Source: Candidatus Levyibacteriota bacterium
GTDB taxonomy: Bacteria > Patescibacteriota > Microgenomatia > Levybacterales > UBA12049
DNA: 64,000 bases
Direction: 5' to 3'
Assembly (NCBI GenBank): GCA_963716145.1
Contig: OY970292.1
Location: 76,104 to 140,103 of the forward strand
The translations under genes and the position numbers were made by a program. Of the stretch, positions 57,493 to 64,000 are shown one piece after another (the stretch's first letter is position 1; each line of letters begins with the position of its first letter). The notes beneath the pieces were generated by a model that was given only the letters and a program-made list of their open reading frames with translations, was not told the DNA's origin and did not search any database.

Positions 57493-57901
57493 AAGAAATA
57501 AAAAAAAGAAAATACTTAACATTTTCTTGATAACTATTGCTTTAGCGTTATTAGTGGGAGCTTTCGTTTTTGTTTACATTGCGACAGCGAATAGGCCCTT
57601 ATTCATCAGTCCCCTTCCTCCAAACTACAAGATTAACGCAAGTAATGATAAAGGCACCAATACGGACCTTCTTAAAAATAGCTTAAAAGAAAAAAATATA
57701 GAATTTAGCGAAGTTGTGACCAGCAGTAATTATTATACGATCCGTTTGAAGGATAAATCGGAAATAATCTTTTCAAGGGAAAAAGATATAAAAGCACAAA
57801 TAGCCTCTTTACAATTTATACTCGCAAGGCTTACAATGGAAGGTAAGCTGTTCACGCAGCTTGATTTGCGTTATGACAAACCGGTTATCAGACTTAAATA
57901 A
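57467..57901 (+). CDS. Small membrane-anchored protein, possible minimal FtsQ/DivIB-like (POTRA-type) division protein
   Basis: 144 aa; basic N-term, one TM helix, short beta-rich domain; sits in the ftsQ position between murG and ftsA. Confidence 0.3.
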   Translation: MRQTQRKIKRNKKKKILNIFLITIALALLVGAFVFVYIATANRPLFISPLPPNYKINASNDKGTNTDLLKNSLKEKNIEFSEVVTSSNYYTIRLKDKSEIIFSREKDIKAQIASLQFILARLTMEGKLFTQLDLRYDKPVIRLK

Positions 57902-57903
57902 TT

Positions 57904-59205
57904 ATGAGTGATGGAAGAATAATTGTCGGCATAGATGTAGGAACTTACAAAATTGTTACGGTTATTGCCAAAGTCGTCGAAAACACAATAAATGTGTTAG
58001 GCGCTTCAGAAGTTAAATCCCTGGGTATCCGCAAAGGACAAGTTGTGGATATAGAGGAAGCGGTTGGTGCTATTAATACTTCTCTTGAAGCAGCAGAGAG
58101 AATGGCCGGTTATTCAGCCTCACGTGTCCTTGTCTCCTTGGGTGGATCGCAAATTGAGTGCCAGAACTCTAGAGGAGTTGTGGCTGTTTCAACCCCAGAG
58201 GGTGAGATAAGCGCATCAGATCTCGGACGGGTGATTGACGCGGCAAAAGCAGTTTCTATGCCTTCAACCCGTGAAATAATTCATGTGCTTCCTCGCAGCT
58301 TTATAGTTGATGGACAAGAGGGGATCAAAGATCCTATCGGAATGAGCGGAACAAGACTTGAAGTAGATACTCATATCGTCACCGCAAACAGCGTTTCTAT
58401 CAGAAATCTTGAAAAAGCATTTTCAGAAGTTGGGGTGGATATTGATAGTTTTGCTTTTTCAGGCTATGCAAGTTCTCTGGCTGTACTTTCAGACACTGAG
58501 AGGGAGCTGGGAGTTATTTTGGTTGATATAGGAGCCGGTACTACTGATATCTCAATTTATGTTGAGGGAGCAGTTGCCTATTCATCCGTTCTGGCAATTG
58601 GCGCGCGTCATGTAACCAATGATTTGGCTATTGGGTTAAGATTATCAATCGAAAGCGCAGAAAAGATCAAATTGTTCCTTTCTCAAGATCCTTCAAGGCG
58701 TGTATTGAAAGCAGTGGATGAAGAAGGTGAGGAAAAAGAAAAAGAGGGGCGCCCAAGTGATGAAATAGATCTCAGTTCTTTGAATTTGTCAGAAGATATA
58801 AAGAAGGTATCCCAAAAAACATTGGTTGACGGGATAATCAAGCCACGTCTTAACGAGATTTGCGCCATGATTGGTCTTGAAATTAAAAAAAGCGGATTTG
58901 GCGGACAGACTCCGGCCGGAATTGTGCTCACGGGGGGAGGAGCGTTAACTGTAGGGATAAAAGAAGCAGCAAGACGAACTCTTGCGATGCCTGTGCGAAT
59001 TGGGCTTCCGACAAATATCAAAGGAATTACTGATGAAGTCCAGCATCCTGCTTTTTCAACAGCCATCGGGCTTATTGAATACGGTATGAAGAATACATCT
59101 ACGAGAGCAACATCATTCAAATTTTCAATGCCGGGTAACTTGGGCTTCGGAGCATCCAAAATGCTGAAGAAGGTTGTAAATCTGATCAAATCATTTATCC
59201 CCTAA
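57904..59205 (+). CDS. ftsA: Cell division protein FtsA
   Basis: IVGIDVGTYKI actin-fold N-term; DIGAGTTD; C-terminal amphipathic tail; directly upstream of ftsZ region. Confidence 0.85.
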   Translation: MSDGRIIVGIDVGTYKIVTVIAKVVENTINVLGASEVKSLGIRKGQVVDIEEAVGAINTSLEAAERMAGYSASRVLVSLGGSQIECQNSRGVVAVSTPEGEISASDLGRVIDAAKAVSMPSTREIIHVLPRSFIVDGQEGIKDPIGMSGTRLEVDTHIVTANSVSIRNLEKAFSEVGVDIDSFAFSGYASSLAVLSDTERELGVILVDIGAGTTDISIYVEGAVAYSSVLAIGARHVTNDLAIGLRLSIESAEKIKLFLSQDPSRRVLKAVDEEGEEKEKEGRPSDEIDLSSLNLSEDIKKVSQKTLVDGIIKPRLNEICAMIGLEIKKSGFGGQTPAGIVLTGGGALTVGIKEAARRTLAMPVRIGLPTNIKGITDEVQHPAFSTAIGLIEYGMKNTSTRATSFKFSMPGNLGFGASKMLKKVVNLIKSFIP

Positions 59206-59212
59206 TTTTCCT

Positions 59213-60133
59213 CTATTTTAAATAAAACGCAGCAATAAGAGGTATATAGAATAATGCGAAAATAATGCTGAGAAGAACTGCCATGGCAACTTTTTCCGGG
59301 TGGGATTTCAGTATTGTTGCGTAAGAGACCATATTTGCGGCTAGAGGGACTATGCTCATCAGAATTATTACTTTATAAAGTGATGAATCAAAAATTTTGA
59401 TTGTGGATGCATCAAGAAACAGTATTGCAATAGCTACAAGAGGCCAGAGTATAAATTTGGCCAGAAAAGAAACCACTATAAATTTAAAATCAATTTTATA
59501 ATCTCTAACATCAGACAATCCCATGCCAACAAGCATCATCCCTAGAATAGTGTATGCACCGGTGAAATTATTGGCTGCGTCAAAATAAAATTTTCCCAAG
59601 TGAATTGCCAAGAGATTAACAATTACACCCAGAACAAAAGCATGAAGAATTGGAAGCCTCAGCACTTTAATCAAACTTTCTTTAGCAGTGTGATTTCCTT
59701 TGGCACCGATGTAGTATCCTACAGATGTTGCATATAAATTAGTGGCAAGAATTACTCCTGCCACCGGTCCGATTATATTATTTCCAAAAAGAGCTATCGC
59801 AACAGGAAGACCGAAGTATCCGGTATTTCCTGTTCCGGTTAGGAAGGAGAGCATATTGCGGGTTGAATCTTTATAGAAAAAATCTGCAATAATATAAGCA
59901 AGAATAGATATTATTAGGCAAAGCAGAAAAAACAATACCGGAAGTGAGATTGTAGTGATATTGATTTTGGTATTTACTACTCCTGTAAAAACAACGACAG
60001 GAACGATAATATCAATAAGAAGAGTTGCGATTGACTCCTTATCAATTTTTAGAAATCTCCCCCCCACATAGCCTAAAAGAACGAATACATAGAGGGGAAT
60101 TAGTTTTAGCAAGAGCGTAAAAAAGATTTCCAT
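59213..60133 (-). CDS. AEC-family membrane transporter (auxin efflux carrier/malate permease-like)
   Basis: 306 aa, 10 TM, N-terminal LIPLYVFVLLGYVGGRFLKIDKESI...LIDIIVPV pattern of Mem_trans family. Confidence 0.55.
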   Translation of the reverse strand: MEIFFTLLLKLIPLYVFVLLGYVGGRFLKIDKESIATLLIDIIVPVVVFTGVVNTKINITTISLPVLFFLLCLIISILAYIIADFFYKDSTRNMLSFLTGTGNTGYFGLPVAIALFGNNIIGPVAGVILATNLYATSVGYYIGAKGNHTAKESLIKVLRLPILHAFVLGVIVNLLAIHLGKFYFDAANNFTGAYTILGMMLVGMGLSDVRDYKIDFKFIVVSFLAKFILWPLVAIAILFLDASTIKIFDSSLYKVIILMSIVPLAANMVSYATILKSHPEKVAMAVLLSIIFALFYIPLIAAFYLK

Positions 60134-60223
60134 TAGTTATTTGATTATATCATTTAACCCAATTTTCCCGTATTGCATTTATTTTTTACATCTGGTAGGA
60201 TTTGGGAAAGTACTACACTATAT

Positions 60224-61372
60224 ATGCTAATAAGACCTCAATCAACCAATTTTGCCAAAATAAGAGTTGTCGGCGTGGGCGGTGCAGGATGCAACGCAAT
60301 CGGCTCGATGATTGAGCATGGAGGCATCACAGGTGTTGATTTCGTAGCCATCAATACAGACGCGCAGGCTTTACTTCTTAACAAAGCAGATACAAAAGTT
60401 CAGATCGGCGAGAATATCACCAAAGGCTTGGGATCAGGTGGAGATCCTGAGAATGGCAGATTGGCAGCTGAGGAATCGGAAGAAAAGATCAAGCACATGC
60501 TTGAGGGTTCTGACATGGTTTTCCTGACAGCCGGTATGGGTGGAGGCACAGGAACAGGCGCAACTCCGATTGTCGCCAAAATCGCAAAAGACTTGGGTGC
60601 TCTTACAGTAGTGGTAGTCACCAAACCATTTCTTTTTGAAGGCACAAGACGGATGGTGACAGCTGAGGAAGGCCTTGAGAATCTCAAAGATAAGGCAGAT
60701 ACTCTTATAGTTATCCCAAACCAGCGGATTCTTGATGTTGTGGATCGCAAGCTATCACTTCTTGACGCATTCAAAGTAGCTGATTCAGTCCTGACACAAG
60801 GCGTTCAGGGAATTTCTGAGATCATCACCTTGCCAGGTCTTATCAATGTTGATTTTGCGGATGTCAGAACTATCATGTCTGACGCCGGATCATCCCTTAT
60901 GGGTATAGGCTCAGGAGTTGGTGAAAATAGGGCTCAGACAGCAGCAAGAGCGGCAATTTCAAGTCCCCTACTTGAGATCTCAATGGACGGAGCACGCGGC
61001 GTATTGTTTAACATAGTCGGTGGGCAGGATCTGACGATGACTGAGGTTGATGAAGCAGCCAAGATCATCTCCAATGCAGCTGATCCTGATGCCAATATCA
61101 TCTTCGGAGCGACTATTGATGAGGCTATGCATGATCAGATCAGGATCACAGTCGTGGCGACAGGCTTTGATCAGGCCAAACAACGCTTGCAGCAATTTGT
61201 AGTCCAACAGCCTGAACCTGAGGTGGTACAGTCCAACGTAGTTGCAGCCGGAAATCAGCCGGATGGTTCAGAGTCAACTGAGCAGCAGACTGTTGATCAG
61301 CAGCAAGCCAAAAAAGACGAAAACCCCGAAGACGACTGGGACATCCCCGCATTTCTACGGCAGAGGAACTGA
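60224..61372 (+). CDS. ftsZ: Cell division GTPase FtsZ
   Basis: [23 protein letters not shown] tubulin signature, C-terminal DIPAFLRQ peptide; ATG at 60224 preferred over upstream TTG/ATG at 60173. Confidence 0.9.
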   Translation: MLIRPQSTNFAKIRVVGVGGAGCNAIGSMIEHGGITGVDFVAINTDAQALLLNKADTKVQIGENITKGLGSGGDPENGRLAAEESEEKIKHMLEGSDMVFLTAGMGGGTGTGATPIVAKIAKDLGALTVVVVTKPFLFEGTRRMVTAEEGLENLKDKADTLIVIPNQRILDVVDRKLSLLDAFKVADSVLTQGVQGISEIITLPGLINVDFADVRTIMSDAGSSLMGIGSGVGENRAQTAARAAISSPLLEISMDGARGVLFNIVGGQDLTMTEVDEAAKIISNAADPDANIIFGATIDEAMHDQIRITVVATGFDQAKQRLQQFVVQQPEPEVVQSNVVAAGNQPDGSESTEQQTVDQQQAKKDENPEDDWDIPAFLRQRN

Positions 61373-61430
61373 TCTCTTCTTTAATATAGCAAATATTACA
61401 TGAATTCATTAATAAATACTGTTCACTGAT

Positions 61431-61685
61431 TTATTTTTCTCTTTTTCCCCATTGCCATTTTGGTTTTTCGCCTGTTCTGTAGGCGATGTAAATAAATACA
61501 GCGGTTAATAAAATCATCGGGATAAAATATGAATACATTGTATTTTGAGATGATGGGTTATCATCAATGCCAAAGGCAAGAAATATCACGAGTACGCTGT
61601 ATATAAATGTTACCAGCCATCCTTGCCAAGTAGATGGAGTCCATCCCCATCCATAAATTTTTCTCTTAAACCATATGCTTTTCAT
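61431..61685 (-). CDS. Hypothetical small membrane protein (Trp-rich N-term, two TM helices)
   Basis: 84 aa; ATGA overlap with the upstream tag gene suggests co-translation; no family recognised. Confidence 0.3.
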   Translation of the reverse strand: MKSIWFKRKIYGWGWTPSTWQGWLVTFIYSVLVIFLAFGIDDNPSSQNTMYSYFIPMILLTAVFIYIAYRTGEKPKWQWGKREK

Positions 61686-62257
61686 AGTTCCATTGTATCA
61701 GAATAACGGAAGCAGGTTATTTGGTGGTCGTTGGTGAGGCCAGTTGCCTGCATGAGTGCGTAGCAGATAGTGGAGCCAACGAATTTGAATCCACGTTTCT
61801 TTAATTCTTTACTCATTCTGTCTGAGATTTCAGTTGTCGCGGGGATTTGGTTTATATTTTTCCATTTATTTTTAATGGGTTTATTTCCGACAAAACTCCA
61901 GATAAATTTATCAAAGCTCCCGAATTCTTTTTGGATTTCCAGAAAAGCTATTGCATTACTGACAGCTGAGTTTACTTTGAGTCGATTTCTGATTATTCCC
62001 GGATCATTTAGAAGTTTAGCGATTTTAGCTAATTTGTAGTTAGCAACAGTTTGAGGATCAAAGCCGTCAAAGGCTTTTCTGTAGCTCTCACGTTTGTTCA
62101 GAATGGTAGACCAGTTCAAGCCAGCCTGAGCTCCCTCCAGAATAAGAAATTCAAAAAGTTTGACGTCGTTGTGCTCCGGTACTCCCCATTCTTTATCATG
62201 ATATTCAATCATCAGAGGACTATCCCCGCCCCAAGCACAACGTTTTGACGCGTTCAT
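61682..62257 (-). CDS. tag: DNA-3-methyladenine glycosylase I
   Basis: RCAWGGDSPLMIEYHDKEWGVPEHNDVKLFEFLILEGAQAGLNW...KRGFKFVGSTICYALMQATGLTNDH matches Tag along full length. Confidence 0.8.
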   Translation of the reverse strand: MNASKRCAWGGDSPLMIEYHDKEWGVPEHNDVKLFEFLILEGAQAGLNWSTILNKRESYRKAFDGFDPQTVANYKLAKIAKLLNDPGIIRNRLKVNSAVSNAIAFLEIQKEFGSFDKFIWSFVGNKPIKNKWKNINQIPATTEISDRMSKELKKRGFKFVGSTICYALMQATGLTNDHQITCFRYSDTMEL

Positions 62258-62308
62258 TGTTCAATTATAACAGCTTGCGCAGTCGATTCTGCGTGGTACA
62301 ATATTTAT

Positions 62309-62869
62309 ATGAAACGATTGGCTGTAATTCTGATATTTATCGCATTCTTAATATTTCCCAAGCAGATATTTGCCCATTCTGAAAAAGTGCAGGAGGTCGG
62401 GCATTATAAAGTCGATATTTCACACTCTCCATTGTCTCCATTTGTTGGGGAGAAAGTGACAGTGTCATTCTATATTGAAGATGAAAATGGATCGCCTGCC
62501 GCAGATTTAAAAGGTACGATACTCATCAAAGAAACAAATGTTAATAAATATGTTGGCCAGGACTCTAAGATAGAAAACAAAGTATTACATAAAGAAAATG
62601 CAACAACTGACACAAGCGGCAGTGTCGCGGTAGAATATGAATTTAAAAAAGAAGGTTTATACGATTTTGAATTTGTGTGGGGAAAAGATGCTGAGCGGGA
62701 AAGCGCTGGTGTCGAAATTCAGGCAAGGGAACCAACATCGTTTTTTCTTCCGCAAGAAATTAAAAAAAGGATTTGGTTTTTTGTGGGAATTGCAATTGTC
62801 GGTATAGTGATCGGAGCAATTGGTACTTTTGTTTTATTAGCTACAACTCTACATCCCAAGGGAGATTAA
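62309..62869 (+). CDS. Hypothetical exported protein with signal peptide and C-terminal TM anchor
   Basis: 186 aa; N-terminal signal-like helix ending ...FAHSE, C-terminal IWFFVGIAIVGIVIGAIGTFVLL helix. Confidence 0.35.
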   Translation: MKRLAVILIFIAFLIFPKQIFAHSEKVQEVGHYKVDISHSPLSPFVGEKVTVSFYIEDENGSPAADLKGTILIKETNVNKYVGQDSKIENKVLHKENATTDTSGSVAVEYEFKKEGLYDFEFVWGKDAERESAGVEIQAREPTSFFLPQEIKKRIWFFVGIAIVGIVIGAIGTFVLLATTLHPKGD

Positions 62870-62911
62870 GGTAAAGTTGACGTTGGTATTTTTGTTTGCT
62901 AAAATCCCACC

Positions 62912-63541
62912 ATGGCTGTAGAAGATTTTAAGAGTAGACCGGATCCTGAAGAGCCAGAAGCTGGCAGAAATGGGTCAGAGAAAACACCGATTTCTCCATC
63001 AGTAGTCGGACTTTACATCAGTTTCGGAAAAGATATGCCAATGGTGCGAAGGGAGCATGTTGCTGCTTTTGCACGAATAGGTCTTGAGGATGACCGTTAT
63101 GCTGTTGGGATTGAAAATGGTACATACTCAAATCACAGAATTCCTGAACCATGGCGCAATATTACAATTATTTCCCAAGAAGGAATAGCAGAAGCAAATG
63201 CAGAGCTCATAGCTCAAGGCGGAAAATCCTTTGAAGACTCTGAAGCCCGGAGAAATGTGGTGGTAGCAGGGATTACCCCTGAACAGTTAAACGCTTTGGC
63301 AGAAGGGAATCAGAGTATTTGGCTCGGCCCCGTAGAAATACAAGTAATGAAACTAGCTCCTCCATGTAATGTTCCAACTAAGCAGTATGAAAAGCCCGGC
63401 TTTGGATCCGTTTTTGAGGGTAGAGGAGGAGTAAGGGGAATGATAGTAAATTCAGGTACAATAATTGAGGGTGATGATGTGAGGCTTAGGCCTCCAATAT
63501 CAAAGCCAAAATTGATACAGTACCCTTTTGGTAATGAATAG
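62912..63541 (+). CDS. MOSC-domain protein (YcbX/YiiM-like)
   Basis: GDDRYAVG, RRNVVVAGI, conserved Cys in LAPPCNVPT typical of the MOSC beta-barrel domain. Confidence 0.6.
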   Translation: MAVEDFKSRPDPEEPEAGRNGSEKTPISPSVVGLYISFGKDMPMVRREHVAAFARIGLEDDRYAVGIENGTYSNHRIPEPWRNITIISQEGIAEANAELIAQGGKSFEDSEARRNVVVAGITPEQLNALAEGNQSIWLGPVEIQVMKLAPPCNVPTKQYEKPGFGSVFEGRGGVRGMIVNSGTIIEGDDVRLRPPISKPKLIQYPFGNE

Positions 63542-63559
63542 AAAATTTTGCGTAAAGAT

Positions 63560-64000
63560 TTATTCCGTGCCCTCAGTCCAGGAGGAGAGGTATTTTGACT
63601 GTTCAGAAGTTAATTTGTCTATCTCAATCCCCATTGATTTAAGTTTCAGCGACGCGACATGAACATCAAGATCATGAGGGAGTACATAAACTTTATTTTC
63701 CAGCTTTCCTTTGTGTTCAATAATCCACTCAGCTGCCAGAGCTTGATTGGCAAAACTCATATCCATGACTTCGGCTGGATGCCCTTCTGCTGCTGCCAAA
63801 TTTACAAGTCTTCCCTCCCCTGCCACGTAAATCTTTTTCCCGGACTTTAAAACATACTCATCAAGCTGGTGCCTTATACGTCTTTTGGATTTTTTGGCTC
63901 CTTCAAGGCCTTTCATGTCGATTTCTATGTCAAAATGGCCTGAGTTGGCGACAATCGCGCCATCTTTCATATTTAGCATATGCTCAAGCGAGATAACATG
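63560..64000 (-). CDS. ahcY: Adenosylhomocysteinase, C-terminal part (gene continues beyond window end)
   Basis: [19 protein letters not shown]...[16 protein letters not shown]...[14 protein letters not shown] matches the AhcY C-terminal NAD domain and tail. Confidence 0.75.
   Translation of the reverse strand, partial: HVISLEHMLNMKDGAIVANSGHFDIEIDMKGLEGAKKSKRRIRHQLDEYVLKSGKKIYVAGEGRLVNLAAAEGHPAEVMDMSFANQALAAEWIIEHKGKLENKVYVLPHDLDVHVASLKLKSMGIEIDKLTSEQSKYLSSWTEGTE

Noticed and set aside
58700-58810. Acidic low-complexity segment (EEGEEKEKEGRPSDEIDL) in FtsA as a possible insertion or repeat
   Set aside because: It corresponds to the naturally variable, acidic subdomain region of FtsA. There is no tandem DNA repeat.

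Overview
This 64 kb window is AT-rich and densely coding, with almost every gene on the + strand. Composition and gene content are reminiscent of a small-genome, CPR/Patescibacteria-like bacterium, but that is inference only. It has two parts.

(1) Positions ~1-39,000 form a very large cell-envelope glycosylation cluster. It holds about 12 large polytopic membrane proteins that look like GT-C-type transferases (YfhO-like, PMT/ArnT-like, O-antigen-ligase-like). It also holds 8 GT2 glycosyltransferases (several dolichol/polyprenol-phosphate-mannose-synthase-like), about 6 GT4 glycosyltransferases (one frameshifted, one truncated), a Wzx-like flippase, a hexapeptide acetyltransferase, a mannose-1-P guanylyltransferase and a small initiating phosphoglycosyl transferase.

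(2) Positions ~41,000-61,400 hold recO, glyQS and a division/cell-wall (dcw) cluster in the order mraZ-rsmH-ftsL-ftsI-(two reverse-strand genes)-murE-like-pgeF-murC-murA-glmU-N-like-mraY-ftsW-murG-ftsQ-like-ftsA-(reverse AEC transporter)-ftsZ. These are followed by tag, a MOSC-domain gene and the 3' end of ahcY.

The most unusual feature is ten short perfect tandem-repeat arrays. Their unit lengths are 7 or 8 bp (AAATTTC, GAATTAA, TTGGGAA, GAGCGCAA), each has about 4 copies, and every intragenic array is in frame. They sit in glycosyltransferase genes but also in rsmH, across the murE stop codon and just downstream of the mraZ stop. Because the unit length is not a multiple of 3, a gain or loss of one copy would shift the reading frame. 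These are therefore candidate contingency/phase-variation loci or a dispersed micro-insertion system.

Other notable items:
- A standalone protein with three tandem OmpR-type winged-helix domains sits, with a tRNA-binding-domain protein, on the reverse strand inside the dcw cluster. The downstream murE lacks its N-terminal domain.
- Upstream of mraZ there is a three-fold direct repeat (TAGG at 10-bp phasing) that looks like an MraZ operator.

No rRNA, tRNA or CRISPR was found.
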